Positions 35,466 to 45,961 of a stretch of DNA of 64,000 nucleotides are shown here, piece by piece. Below the pieces are notes generated by a model. It did not search any database and was not told the origin of the DNA. It worked only from the letters and a program-made list of their open reading frames with translations. The DNA lies in NCBI GenBank assembly GCA_016218805.1, contig JACRCW010000092.1, forward strand, positions 1 to 64,000, read 5' to 3'. The position numbers and the translations under genes were made by a program. Each line of letters starts with the position of its first letter. Positions within the stretch are counted from its first letter, which is position 1. The stretch is from Deltaproteobacteria bacterium (GTDB lineage: Bacteria > Myxococcota > JACRCW01).

Positions 35466-36729
35466 AGCGCTGCGCGTGCTGGTCCTGTCGTGCTCGTCAC
35501 GCACCAACGGCGAGCTGACCATGGTGCTGGACTGGGCGGCGCGCCTCCGTCTCCCCGTGGGGCTGCACGTGGCCTGTGGCCCGGGCAGCGTGGCGCTGGC
35601 CGCGCGCTCCGGCGCGCGCGTGCACACCTATCCGCAGGTGGGCGCCGGCCTGGCGCGCCGGCGGATCCTGGAGACGGTTGCGCGGGTCCGTCCGGACGTC
35701 GTCATCATTGCGGACCTGGCGCTGGTGCACCTGTCCACGGAGTTGGGGCCCGGGCTGCTGCCGTTGCTGCCCGCGCTGGCCGCATCCGTGCCCACCGTGG
35801 CGCTGGACCTGTATGACTGGGACCGGAATTACCCGGAAATGGACACGTGGGGTACGCGGTTGCACGCGGCATTTCCACCGGTTCCTTCCGCCGTGGGCCG
35901 GCTGCTTCCCTGCCCCGTGCACGCCCCCGGCCCGTCCACGCCCGGGCGCGGCCGTTACGCCGTGATGGCGGACCGCGGGCCGGTGTCGGCCGCCGCCCGC
36001 CAGGACGCCCGTGACCGCCTGGCGCTGGGTGACGCGCCGGTACTGCTGTGGACCACGTCCCCGTGGCAGCACCCCGTGGACAGCGCCATGCGGATGGCGC
36101 CGCACCAGCACGTGGTCCCGCAGTCCGCCACCGGTGCGCGCGTTTTGACGCATCTACCCGCCTACCTGCTGCGGCTGCTGGACCGGGCTGCCCGCCGCGT
36201 TCCCGGACTCACGCTGCTGCACGTGGGACCGCAGCGGTTCCCGGTCCCGGCGGACGTGACCACCCTGGTCTACCGGCACCTTGCCAGTCTTCCGCCGCCG
36301 GACTTTGAAGCCGCGCTTTCCGCCGCGGACGTCTTTTTCAGCGTGAATTGCCCGGCCTCCTCCGCCATCCGCGCCACCACCTTCCGGCTGCCCGTGCTCA
36401 CCGCCATGCAATCCCGCACCGTGACCGCCCCCCCCAGCGACCCCGACCTGGCGCGCTACTCCGACGACACTTTGGGCGGCTTCCCGTTTGCGGTCTGGCC
36501 CGTTGGCCTGCACCACACCGTCCACGCCCTGCTGCGGGACAACCCGTTCCGCGACATGCAGCAATTCACCGATATCCTGGATCCGGAAGCGCTGGTTGAC
36601 AGCGTGGTGACGCTGCTCCGTCCAGATGCCGCGGACTCGCTGCGCCACGCGCAGCACGTGGCCTGGCGCCGCATCACGGAGAGCGCGGGTGATCCGGACC
36701 AGGCGCTCGCTGCTGCACGGATGAGCTGA
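35458..36729 (+). CDS. GT-B-fold-like protein (DUF6365-like by recall); paralog of 44729-45961
   Basis: Rossmann-like RVLVLS...GE, RPDVVIIAD and F...LSAADVF. Shared motifs GELTM.LDW, PGRGRYA.MADRGP and NPFR with the paralog. Confidence 0.6.
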   Translation: MAEALRVLVLSCSSRTNGELTMVLDWAARLRLPVGLHVACGPGSVALAARSGARVHTYPQVGAGLARRRILETVARVRPDVVIIADLALVHLSTELGPGLLPLLPALAASVPTVALDLYDWDRNYPEMDTWGTRLHAAFPPVPSAVGRLLPCPVHAPGPSTPGRGRYAVMADRGPVSAAARQDARDRLALGDAPVLLWTTSPWQHPVDSAMRMAPHQHVVPQSATGARVLTHLPAYLLRLLDRAARRVPGLTLLHVGPQRFPVPADVTTLVYRHLASLPPPDFEAALSAADVFFSVNCPASSAIRATTFRLPVLTAMQSRTVTAPPSDPDLARYSDDTLGGFPFAVWPVGLHHTVHALLRDNPFRDMQQFTDILDPEALVDSVVTLLRPDAADSLRHAQHVAWRRITESAGDPDQALAAARMS

Positions 36730-36914
36730 AGGGATTGGCTGCGCCCACGCCAGCGGCGCCGCCTCGCTCCTCTCTGGTGACACCTGTCACCCGCGCGTGA
36801 CGGCCCGCGCTCCGTCGCTGTTCCGTCGCCAACGGGTCAACGGCAAGGCTGCGCCGCGCGCGGGAGTGTGGCAGAAGGGCAACCGGTGGCGGGGATGCAC
36901 CGGGGAGCAATCAC

Positions 36915-37841
36915 GTGACAACTCAATTGAGCCGAATGGTGCTCGCGACCTGCGCGGGCGTATTGCTGGCGGGTGGCGCGGCGGCGCAGAGCGCCCCGGA
37001 GGCCGCCGCCAAGCCTGCGGCACTGGCACCCACCGTGGCGGTGTTCCAGCTCAACGCGGAGCGCGTGGAGACCAGCGTGGCCAAGCTGGTCACAGACACG
37101 CTGGTGGGCGAGGTGCGGCGCGCCGGCAACTTCAGCCGGGTGCTGGCCAGCAGCGACATGGATGCGCTGCTGGGACTCGAGCGCCAGAAGCAGATGATGT
37201 CCTGCTCGCTCGACAACTGCATGGCCGAGCTCGCCGGCGCGCTGGGCACGGACTACCTGCTGGCGGGGAGCATTGGTGAACTGGGCGGGACCTACCTGGT
37301 GAACCTCAAGTTGCTCGACGTGCGGAGGGCCATGGCGGTGGCGGTGGTCAACCGCCGGTCGCCGTCCCAGGGCACCCTTCCCGACACGGCGATCCGCGCA
37401 GGCTACGACCTGCTTGCCGAGGCCAAGTTGCTGCGCGAGGCGGTGGAACCACCCGCGCCACAGCCCGCCACTCCCGTCGCTGCAGCCGCGCCGCCGCCGG
37501 CCGGCACCGGGGCGAAGGACGGCGCGCGGGAGGGTGCGTCAGGCGGCAGCGACTCCGGCGGTCCCAGCTTTGCGTTGATTGGCGCGGGAGCGGCTGCGCT
37601 CGGCGTGGGGTTGGCGGGGCTGCCGCTTACCGTGCTCATGGTGGTGGCCGCCGTGTTGACGGTGGTGTTGCCGTATTTCGTTCTTTACGTGCCCACGCCC
37701 GGCCTGCCGTACGCCGCGCGCGCGGCGGCGTTTCCCGTCGGGGCGGGCGCGCTGGGAGTGGTGGCTGGCGTCGTATTTCTTGCCGGCCTGGGGCTGGGCG
37801 CGGCCGGAGTTGCGCTGCTGGCGAAAGGATTCATGGGATGA
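36915..37841 (+). CDS. Exported protein with TolB-N/CsgG-like (DUF2380-like) domain and C-terminal TM helices
   Basis: Signal peptide; C...CMAELAGALG.DY...GSIG.LGG.YLVNL.L.D pattern; hydrophobic C-terminus. Confidence 0.7.
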   Translation: MTTQLSRMVLATCAGVLLAGGAAAQSAPEAAAKPAALAPTVAVFQLNAERVETSVAKLVTDTLVGEVRRAGNFSRVLASSDMDALLGLERQKQMMSCSLDNCMAELAGALGTDYLLAGSIGELGGTYLVNLKLLDVRRAMAVAVVNRRSPSQGTLPDTAIRAGYDLLAEAKLLREAVEPPAPQPATPVAAAAPPPAGTGAKDGAREGASGGSDSGGPSFALIGAGAAALGVGLAGLPLTVLMVVAAVLTVVLPYFVLYVPTPGLPYAARAAAFPVGAGALGVVAGVVFLAGLGLGAAGVALLAKGFMG

Positions 37842-40657
37842 GAAACCTCCGCACCTTCACGTCCTGGGTGGTGCTTGGCACGGCGGTCCTGGCCGGGTCC
37901 AACCTGGCATGCTCGGGCCCGCGTTGCGCGGGGAATCCCGGTGATTGCCCGGATTCATACAGCTGCGTGGATGGTCGCTGCACCGCTCCGGACGCGTCCG
38001 GCAGCAGCTCCAGTTCATCCAGCAGCGGCGGCTCCGGCGGGGCGTCGTCGTCTTTGTCCGGCTCCTCCGGCGGAGCCAGCAGCAGCGGGCCGGCGCCGTC
38101 TTCTTCCGGGGGCGCCATCGCGTGCACACCGGGCGCCTCCATCCGCCTGTCTCCCGCGGCGTTCATTGGCGGCAATGCGGTGGCGGAGAACGGCGGGCGG
38201 GCCACCTTCAGCGTGTGCGTGGGGCAGGCGCCCGTGGCCGACGTGGCCGTGCTGTTGCAGTCCCAGAGCCCGCGGCTGGTGGCGGAGCCCGCGTTGCTGG
38301 TGTTCACACCGGAAGACTGGAACACGCCGCAGAACGCGGACGTGGTGGGCGTGGATGACAGCCGCGTGAATGAGTCCACGGAAGCAACGGCCACCTTGAC
38401 CGCCACGATCATTTCCGACGACGCGGCCTTTGCCGGCGCACCGGCGCGGACGCTGGCGGTTGAGATGGTGGACGACGAGCACCGCGAAGTGCGCTTCCAG
38501 GTGGTGGGTACCCCGTCCGTGGTGGAGGGCGCGTCCGTGGAGTTGGACGTGCGCCTGGGTGCGGCGCCGGCCAGCGGCACCAGCGTGGAGATTCAGCTGG
38601 CGGGCGTGGACAGCGGCGGCATTGCGGTGCCGGACCTGAGCGTGGCGCCGGCAACGCTGGTGTTCACGCCGGGGGACTACAACGAGCTGCGCCGGATCAC
38701 CGTGTCCGCTGCGCAGGATGACCTGGCGGAGGCGGCGCAGTCCCTCCAGGTACGCGCGCGGGTGGGGGACGCCAACACGGACGATCCGTTGTGGGACGAG
38801 GTGGCGGACGCGTTCCAGCCGCTGGCGGTGTCGGACGATGATCCCGCGGAATTCGTGACGGTTGGCGCCGACGCGCTCAGCCTGGTGGAGAATCCCGCCC
38901 AATCGGTTTCGTTTGGTGTGCACCTGCGCAGCCGCCCGGGTGGGACCGTCAATGTGGCGCTGTCCATTCCCACGGCGGGTGCCCTGGGCACGCTGGCTGG
39001 CACCACCCTGGTGTTCACCCCGGCGGATTGGGACCAGGACCAGCCGGTCACCATCCACGGCGTGGCGGAGGACGGGAACAACTCGCCCAACCTCCCGTTT
39101 GACGTCGTTGGTACGGCCAGCGGTGATGTGCAGTTCAGCGGCGCCACGTTCACGGTCGCCGTTTCCAGCGTAGAGGATGACGTGAAAGACCTGCAGCTCA
39201 CCATCACGGGCGGCGCGGCCCTGCTGGAGGGCGAGACCCGTACGCTCACCATCACCCCAACGCTTGCCCCGTCCGCCGGGGTCACGGTGCAGGTGAGCTC
39301 GGCCTCCCCGGTGCTGACGGTCAACGGCGGCGCCTCCGCGTCAGCCAGCATTGCCTCCGGCTCCACGTCCCCCGCCACGCTCACTCTCTCCGCCCCGGAT
39401 GACGCGGTGGTCCGGCCCGCCGAAGACGTGGTCCTCCAGGTCGTCGTCACCAGCGCGGACCCGGAATACCAGGGGCTGGCGCCGGCCGTCCCAGTGATCC
39501 GCGTGTCTGACCGCGACCAGCCCGAGCTGGTGATCAACGTGGCGTCCAACCCGCTGCCCGTCCCGGAAACCGGGGGAATTGCCACGTTCACCGTGGCGCT
39601 GGCGCGGCAGCCCACGGACGAGGTGGTGCTCATCGGCAGTTTCACCGCGGGCGCCGTGCCCCAGGCCAGCACCACCAGCTTCCCGCTCACGTTCACCACC
39701 GCTGATTGGAACGTGCCGCGCACGGTGACGCTGACCGGCCTGGACGACGCCATTGACGATGATGGCGCCGCGTTCCAACTGCAGATCCGTCCCGATCCCA
39801 CGACCGTTGATCCCGTCTACGCGACGCTGGCGGAGGTGGCGGTGAACCTGACCTCCTCCGCGAACGACGACACCGCCGGCGTGACGGCGAGCCAGGCCAC
39901 CGTCCTGGTGAATGAGGCGCACACCAAGGCGGACTCATTCACGGTGCGGCTCACGAGCCAGCCGTTGCAAGCCGTGCACTGCACGCTTGCCCCAAGCATC
40001 CAGGGCGCCGTGAGCCTCCAAACGGTTTCCGTTGATTTCACGCCCGCCAACTGGTCCAGCGCGCGCACGGTCAGCGTACAGGGCATTGCGGACGCCAACC
40101 CGGTTGGCGGCAACCGCACCGCCACCATTGCGGTGGATTGCGAGGACGCCAACGGCGGCTATTCGGTCTCCGCCGCCGTCACGGCGACGGTGGTCGGCGA
40201 TTTCCGGCTGGTGCTGACCACCAACCCGCTCGCCAGCGGGGCGTTCACGCTGACCGCCGCGGACAACGCGTGCCGGGCCGAGTTCGCGAGCAGCCGCGCC
40301 TTTGTCTACCACTCCGCCACGCGCGCGCTGGACCGCTCGTGGATCGTCCAGGACTGGGCCACCTACCGGTACATGGATTCGCGGGACACCTACCGCGCCA
40401 TCTGGCAAGTGAACGGAACCGGCGGCATCACGGTGCTGGACGCCCTGACGTCCGTCTCCACGCCGTACTGGACCGGCCTCACCACGGTGATCCTCCGCGG
40501 CCTGGAAGGCAGTGACAATTGCCTGGACTGGGCCAGCAGCAGCAGCGGCCGGAACGGCAAGGCCGGCAACGGCAACAGTTCCACCGTGGGCCAGCTGGGC
40601 GGGACCAACATCCCGTGCAATGCCAGCACGCTGCGCCTGCTGTGCGTGGGGCAGTAA
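37838..40657 (+). CDS. Surface lipoprotein with cadherin/Calx-beta-like repeats and a C-terminal DUF1554 (endostatin-like) domain
   Basis: Lipobox NLAC; Ser/Gly linker; five L.FT..(D/N)W-type repeats; C-terminal ADNAC...WTG...NC.DW.S...G..G...C.....LLCV.Q. Confidence 0.8.
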   Translation: MRNLRTFTSWVVLGTAVLAGSNLACSGPRCAGNPGDCPDSYSCVDGRCTAPDASGSSSSSSSSGGSGGASSSLSGSSGGASSSGPAPSSSGGAIACTPGASIRLSPAAFIGGNAVAENGGRATFSVCVGQAPVADVAVLLQSQSPRLVAEPALLVFTPEDWNTPQNADVVGVDDSRVNESTEATATLTATIISDDAAFAGAPARTLAVEMVDDEHREVRFQVVGTPSVVEGASVELDVRLGAAPASGTSVEIQLAGVDSGGIAVPDLSVAPATLVFTPGDYNELRRITVSAAQDDLAEAAQSLQVRARVGDANTDDPLWDEVADAFQPLAVSDDDPAEFVTVGADALSLVENPAQSVSFGVHLRSRPGGTVNVALSIPTAGALGTLAGTTLVFTPADWDQDQPVTIHGVAEDGNNSPNLPFDVVGTASGDVQFSGATFTVAVSSVEDDVKDLQLTITGGAALLEGETRTLTITPTLAPSAGVTVQVSSASPVLTVNGGASASASIASGSTSPATLTLSAPDDAVVRPAEDVVLQVVVTSADPEYQGLAPAVPVIRVSDRDQPELVINVASNPLPVPETGGIATFTVALARQPTDEVVLIGSFTAGAVPQASTTSFPLTFTTADWNVPRTVTLTGLDDAIDDDGAAFQLQIRPDPTTVDPVYATLAEVAVNLTSSANDDTAGVTASQATVLVNEAHTKADSFTVRLTSQPLQAVHCTLAPSIQGAVSLQTVSVDFTPANWSSARTVSVQGIADANPVGGNRTATIAVDCEDANGGYSVSAAVTATVVGDFRLVLTTNPLASGAFTLTAADNACRAEFASSRAFVYHSATRALDRSWIVQDWATYRYMDSRDTYRAIWQVNGTGGITVLDALTSVSTPYWTGLTTVILRGLEGSDNCLDWASSSSGRNGKAGNGNSSTVGQLGGTNIPCNASTLRLLCVGQ

Positions 40658-40664
40658 CAGCGCG

Positions 40665-41987
40665 TCACACCAGCCCCAGCGCCGCCGCCGCTGCCCACCC
40701 GATGGACCCGACGATAAGCCCCCCGATCAGCGTGAGAATCCCGCTGGTGAGACTGGGGTGCCGGTCCACAAAGTGCAGGGCCTCATTGAGGACGCGCTTG
40801 GTGGCGGTGATCTGGCATTGCACGTGGATCTCCCCCCGCAACGCCACCTGCAGCGCATCAATCATCTGGTCCACGCTCTGGAAACGCCGCGCGGGGTCCT
40901 TCACCGTGGCCCGGTCCGCGAAATACAGCAATTCCGCCGGGGCGTGTGCACGGCCCCACGGGGAAACGTGCTGCGGCGGCAGGGAGACGTTCTTGGCTCC
41001 GTCCAGCACCTCCTCCAGCGTGCTGCGGCCGTCCAGGTAGTGCCGCGCCGTGAGCAACTCGTGGAACAGCACGCCCAGCGCGTAGATGTCTGAGCGCTCG
41101 TCAACGGCGGCGTTGTCCCCGCGTGCCTGTTCGGGTGACATGTACGCTGGCGTCCCCACCAGCGTCCCCGCCACCGTCTGCCACGCGTCCCGCGTGACCG
41201 TCTCCGCCAGTTGCAGCCGGTCACGGGGGTCGTCCGCGTTGCCGCGCACGCGCTTGGCCAGCCCCCAATCCATGACCACAACCTCGCCGAACGGACCCAC
41301 CATGATGTTGGCCGGCTTGATGTCCCGGTGGATGATGCCCTGCGCATGCGCGTACTGGATGGCGCGCAGCACGCCCATGAACACCTGCACGCGCACCGTG
41401 ACGGGGAACCGGGCCAGGTACGCGGCATCCCCGGCCGCCAGCTTCCCAATCACCTGCTCCAGCGTCTCACCCTCCACGTGTTTCATGGCAAAGAAATACT
41501 GGCCGCGGTCATCCACTCCCACGTCGTGAATGGGCACAATGTTGGGGTGCTCCAGCCTTCCCACGGTGCGCACCTCCTCAACAAAACGCGCCACGGAGCC
41601 CGGGTGCAGCTGGTCCGCGCGGATGCGCTTGACGGCGATGTTGCGGTCAATGTCGCGGTCATGGACCAACAGCACCTCACCCATGCCACCCGCACCCAGC
41701 AGGCTCTTCTCCTCAAAGCGTTCCCCGGCAGGCGGGTGCCAGCGGGGTTGTGCGCCGCGCACCTCCAACTGGGGCAGCACGCGCATCCGCGTGGTGGTGG
41801 TGCCGCCGGACAACACCGGCGGTGGCGCCGGAGGGAGCGGCCGGCCGTCCGCCAGCGTGTCCGCATAGGACAGGGTGGTCACCTGGCGCGCGGCGGGCGC
41901 GTCCAGCGTCACGGCGTTGGCCGCGGCCGGTGCCGGCGCCTTGTCCAGCGTGGCAACCAGGCGGGGATCAAGGGGGGCGTTGCTCAT
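40665..41987 (-). CDS. Hanks-type Ser/Thr protein kinase with C-terminal TM anchor
   Basis: LGAGGMGEV, AVK, HPNIV, HRDIKPAN, DWGLAK, GTPAYMSPE and SDIYALG; RBS AAGGAGA. Confidence 0.95.
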   Translation of the reverse strand: MSNAPLDPRLVATLDKAPAPAAANAVTLDAPAARQVTTLSYADTLADGRPLPPAPPPVLSGGTTTTRMRVLPQLEVRGAQPRWHPPAGERFEEKSLLGAGGMGEVLLVHDRDIDRNIAVKRIRADQLHPGSVARFVEEVRTVGRLEHPNIVPIHDVGVDDRGQYFFAMKHVEGETLEQVIGKLAAGDAAYLARFPVTVRVQVFMGVLRAIQYAHAQGIIHRDIKPANIMVGPFGEVVVMDWGLAKRVRGNADDPRDRLQLAETVTRDAWQTVAGTLVGTPAYMSPEQARGDNAAVDERSDIYALGVLFHELLTARHYLDGRSTLEEVLDGAKNVSLPPQHVSPWGRAHAPAELLYFADRATVKDPARRFQSVDQMIDALQVALRGEIHVQCQITATKRVLNEALHFVDRHPSLTSGILTLIGGLIVGSIGWAAAAALGLV

Positions 41988-42011
41988 GATGGGTCTCCTT
42001 GGAAACACAAC

Positions 42012-43055
42012 TCAGTGCTTGCGGAAGTCCAGCAGGCCGTAGGTGTCGCCGTGGATGGCCGCGCGGATGAAATCCTGTCCCAGGAAGTCATGCGGGAATC
42101 CCATGGAAACCTGGCTCACCCGGTCCAGCCGGGCCCGTTGCTCGTCCGGGATGGTGAAATCCAGCGCCCCCAGCGAATCCGCCAATTGTGGCGCTTTTCG
42201 TGCGCCGACGATGGGAATCACCAGCGCGTGGCGCTGCCGCAGCCAATTGAGCGCCACCTGCGCCGGCGTCTTCCCCAACTCGTCCGCAATCTTCTTCACC
42301 TCCACCGCCACAGCGATGGTCTCCGCATTCACCCGCGCCCCGCCCACGGCGGCGCGCTTGGAATCCAGCCGGTGCAGCTTGCTGGCGGGAGCGTTGTACT
42401 TGCCGGTCAGCACGCCGGCCCCCAGGGGCGCCCACGCCAGCACGCCCAGTCCCAGCGCCAGCGCCATGGGAATGAGTTCGCGCTCCACGGTGCGCTCAAT
42501 AAGGCTGTATTCCACCTGCAGGCCAATGAAGCGGCTCCACCCGCGCAGGTCCGCAATGGTGTTGGCCTGCGCCACCACCCAGGCCGGCGTGTCCGAGACG
42601 CCCACGTAAAGCACCTTGCCGGCCCGCACCAGGTCATCCAGGCCGCGCATGACTTCGTCCACGGGGGTGGTCCCGTCCCACGCGTGCATCCAGAACAGGT
42701 CCACGTACTCCGTCCGCAACCGCCGCAGGCTGGCCTCCAGCGCCTGCACCATGTTCTTGCGGTGGTTGCCGTGCGCATTGGGATCATCGGTCCGCGTGGA
42801 CAGCGTGTACTTGGTGGCGACGACAAAACGCTCCCGGTCGCCCTCCATGAACTCGCCCACCATCTGCTCGCTCTGGCCTTCCGTGTACTTGTTTGCCGTG
42901 TCAATGAAATTGCCGCCTTTTGACACGTACAGGTCCCACACCTTCCGGCACACATCCTTGTTCTCGCCAAATCCCCATGCCTCGCCAAACGTCATGGTTC
43001 CCAGCGCGAGTTCGCTGACCCGCAGGCCACTCCGTCCCAGCAGCTTGTAGCGCAC
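42012..43055 (-). CDS. Aldo/keto reductase
   Basis: LGRSGLRVSELALGTM, FIDTANKY, ATK, SLRRLRTEYVD, GKVLYVGVS and TPAQVAL.W. Confidence 0.95.
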   Translation of the reverse strand: MRYKLLGRSGLRVSELALGTMTFGEAWGFGENKDVCRKVWDLYVSKGGNFIDTANKYTEGQSEQMVGEFMEGDRERFVVATKYTLSTRTDDPNAHGNHRKNMVQALEASLRRLRTEYVDLFWMHAWDGTTPVDEVMRGLDDLVRAGKVLYVGVSDTPAWVVAQANTIADLRGWSRFIGLQVEYSLIERTVERELIPMALALGLGVLAWAPLGAGVLTGKYNAPASKLHRLDSKRAAVGGARVNAETIAVAVEVKKIADELGKTPAQVALNWLRQRHALVIPIVGARKAPQLADSLGALDFTIPDEQRARLDRVSQVSMGFPHDFLGQDFIRAAIHGDTYGLLDFRKH

Positions 43056-43073
43056 GCCGCCTCCGTTCCCTTG

Positions 43074-44726
43074 TCAGACCACCCTGCCCGGCCGCTCCTG
43101 CGTGTACGTTCCCTGGCGGATCACCCAGCGTCCGTTCACCATCACATCATCCAGCCCGCGCGCGTGGTGCACGTAGCGGGCGCGCCCGCCGGGCAGGTCA
43201 TGCGCCTGCTCCTCCGGCCCGCGCGCCACGGTGGCCGGGTCCAGCAACACCAGGTCCGCAAAGTTCCCGGCCCGCACGCGGCCGCGCCCGGCAATTCCAA
43301 ACGCATCCGCGGGCCGCGACGTCACCAGCTCCACCGCGCGCTCCAGCGTGAAATCACCGCGTTGGCGCACGAACCGTTCCAGCAGCAGCGTGGTGTCACC
43401 CGCGCCGCAGAATTGCGCGTAGTGCGCGCCGGCATCAGACACGCCCACCAGCATTCCCGGGCGTTCCATGAGGCGCGCCACCACGGCCTCATCCGCGTGC
43501 CAGGCGCCCACAATCCGGAACTCCGTACGGAGGCCATCCGCCAGGGCAATCTCCAGCAGCGTCTGGGAGATCATCTGGTTGCGCTCGCGCGCCACGTCCG
43601 CCAGCCGGCGGCCGGCCAGCGGCGCGTTCACCTCGGAATGGACCTCGCCCATGACGGCGTATTCCAGCAGCGGTGCGATGAGCATGCCTTCAAAGATGAG
43701 GCGGGTCCGGACCGCCGGGTCATTCATGGCGGCCATGCGGTTGGGGAGCGGCAGGCGCATGACCTCCATCCAACCCGGCAGCACAAACAGCACAAACGAC
43801 GCGGCATCCAGCCGCAGGTTCAGGTCAAACGGGCGGGGGCAGGTCTGTCCGCGCAGGCGCGCGCCCAGGGCGTTCTCCGCGTCCATCGTCGCCAGGGTGT
43901 CCCGCAGCAGCGCCGGCACCTGCGGGACGTCAATCACCGGCCCAAACGTCACGGTGATGTCCGCGTCCCGGGAGATGGCGGCCAGTTCGGCCAGGGCGTG
44001 GACCTGTTGCGAGAGGTCCATGAAGTTGGGCACGCCCTGGATGATGCGGCCGCCTGCCGCGCGCAGCGCCCGCGCCAGTGCCAACCGCTCCGGCGGCGCT
44101 GCCAGGCGGGACGGTGCGGGACGCAGGTGCTCATCCACGTCCAGCCAGGAGAATGAGATGCCGCAGGCGCCGCCCCGCACCGCGCGCGCCAGCAGCGCGC
44201 ACAGGGTGTCCACCTCCGCCGGCGTGGCGGCGCGCTCCTGTGACGCCGCGCCCATCACGTGGTGCCGCAGTGTGGAGTGCCCCACCAGCGCCGCCACGTT
44301 GGGCCCCAGGCCATCCGCAAGGAAACGCAGGTATTCCGGCGTTTCCTCCCAGCCCCACGGCACGCCCGCCTCAAAGTCAGACGCGCGAATGTCCTCAATC
44401 TGCTCAAACATGGCGACGAGCTTGCCGCGGCCTGCGCGGCTCACGGGCGCCAACGATAGCGAGCAATTCCCGATGACCACCGTGGTGACGCCGTGCTCCA
44501 TGGATGGGGTGGCCAGCCGGTCCCAGCACAGCTGCGCGTCGTAATGCGTGTGCACGTCCAGGAACCCCGGCGCCACAACGCGGCCGCTGGCATCCACGGT
44601 GTCCGCACCGCGCAGCTCCGGCCCCACTTCCACAATGCGGTCACCCTCCACGGCAACGTCCGCGCGGACAGGCGCAGCGCCCGTGCCGTCCACCACCGTG
44701 CCACCCGCAATGACGGTCCGCGCCAC
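43074..44726 (-). CDS. Amidohydrolase, N-acyl-D-amino-acid deacylase family
   Basis: GGTVVDGTG, PGFLDVHTHYD, HGVTTVVIGNC, SDAGAH and G.FADLVL. Confidence 0.9.
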   Translation of the reverse strand: MARTVIAGGTVVDGTGAAPVRADVAVEGDRIVEVGPELRGADTVDASGRVVAPGFLDVHTHYDAQLCWDRLATPSMEHGVTTVVIGNCSLSLAPVSRAGRGKLVAMFEQIEDIRASDFEAGVPWGWEETPEYLRFLADGLGPNVAALVGHSTLRHHVMGAASQERAATPAEVDTLCALLARAVRGGACGISFSWLDVDEHLRPAPSRLAAPPERLALARALRAAGGRIIQGVPNFMDLSQQVHALAELAAISRDADITVTFGPVIDVPQVPALLRDTLATMDAENALGARLRGQTCPRPFDLNLRLDAASFVLFVLPGWMEVMRLPLPNRMAAMNDPAVRTRLIFEGMLIAPLLEYAVMGEVHSEVNAPLAGRRLADVARERNQMISQTLLEIALADGLRTEFRIVGAWHADEAVVARLMERPGMLVGVSDAGAHYAQFCGAGDTTLLLERFVRQRGDFTLERAVELVTSRPADAFGIAGRGRVRAGNFADLVLLDPATVARGPEEQAHDLPGGRARYVHHARGLDDVMVNGRWVIRQGTYTQERPGRVV

Positions 44727-44728
44727 GC

Positions 44729-45961
44729 TCAGGCCTCCAGCGCCGCATCCAGCGCGCGGTCCGGCGTGTCCACGGTCTGCGCCAGCTGCCGGAAGTACGC
44801 CTCCTGCGCCGCGCGTTGGGCATCCGCCACGGCAGGCTCAGCCAGCAGCGCGCGGATGCCGGCCACCGCCTCGTCGGGCCGTCCCCCGTCCAGGTGCAGC
44901 TGCGTGTTGCGGAACGGGTTGTCGCGCAGGACTTCTTGCACCAGCGTGAACATCCCCACCGGCCACAGGGAAAACGGGTGATGGGCGCCACCAGACGCGT
45001 ACTCCGCCAGCGCGCGGCCGGCGCGTGAGGACGTGGGCGTCAGTTCCGGTCCCAGGTGGAGCGCGGCCACCGGCGTGCGCACGCTGGCCGCACGCACCGC
45101 GGAGGACGCGGGGCTGTTGGCCGTGAGGAACAGGTCCGCCGCCCCCAGCAGGTCCAGCAACTCCGCCGGGGGCATGGCATCCACGTGGCGGTAGCGCAGG
45201 CGCGCGCAATCCGCGGGCACCGGCAGCGGTTCCGGTCCCACGTGGATGACGTCCACGGGAACCGCCGCCGCTTCGTCCAGGTAGCGGAACGCCAATGCGG
45301 GAAATGCGCGCGCCACGTGTTCCGTTTCACGGCGTTTCTGCAGCGCGTGCTGCCAGTGAGACGTGGCCATCACCACCAGGGGACCGGAAACACCGTGTTT
45401 CTCGCGGACGGCCCGGCGCTGCGCATCCGGGAGCGGGCCGCGGTCCGCCATCATGGCGTACCGCCCGCGCCCCGGGGAGCTCTTCTCCGGGCGGTTGGCG
45501 GGACACGGCAGCAGGCGGCCCACGCGCGGCGGCACCCACGGTGCGCGCTGGAACAACGGCCGTCCAAACACGTCCACGTCCATGGCCGTCTGGTCAAAGT
45601 CATACAGGTCCATGGCCAGCACGCGCGCCAGGCGCAGCGCCTCCGGCACCAGGTACGCCAACCCATCCGCAAATTCTGGGGAAAGCCCGTACGCCAACAG
45701 GATGTCCGCCAGCACAATGATGTCCGGCTTCACCTGCCGCACGCCCTCCTGGATGCGCTCCGCCGCGCGGGCGATTCCCAGCGTGGGATAGTTGCGGACC
45801 GTGGCGCCGTACCACCGCGCCAGCGACGTCAACGGCACGGGCACGCACGCGTGGAGCTCCACGCGCCGCTGGCAACGGGACGCCCAGTCCAGCGCCATGG
45901 TGAGCTCGCCGGTGGTTGCCGCCGAGCATCCCAGGATCATGACCCGCGTCGCCTGCGCCAT
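44729..45961 (-). CDS. GT-B-fold-like protein (DUF6365-like by recall); paralog of 35458-36729
   Basis: Same motifs as its paralog (GELTMALDW, PDIIVLAD, PGRGRYAMMADRGP, N.PASSA.RA, DNPFR). Confidence 0.6.
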   Translation of the reverse strand: MAQATRVMILGCSAATTGELTMALDWASRCQRRVELHACVPVPLTSLARWYGATVRNYPTLGIARAAERIQEGVRQVKPDIIVLADILLAYGLSPEFADGLAYLVPEALRLARVLAMDLYDFDQTAMDVDVFGRPLFQRAPWVPPRVGRLLPCPANRPEKSSPGRGRYAMMADRGPLPDAQRRAVREKHGVSGPLVVMATSHWQHALQKRRETEHVARAFPALAFRYLDEAAAVPVDVIHVGPEPLPVPADCARLRYRHVDAMPPAELLDLLGAADLFLTANSPASSAVRAASVRTPVAALHLGPELTPTSSRAGRALAEYASGGAHHPFSLWPVGMFTLVQEVLRDNPFRNTQLHLDGGRPDEAVAGIRALLAEPAVADAQRAAQEAYFRQLAQTVDTPDRALDAALEA

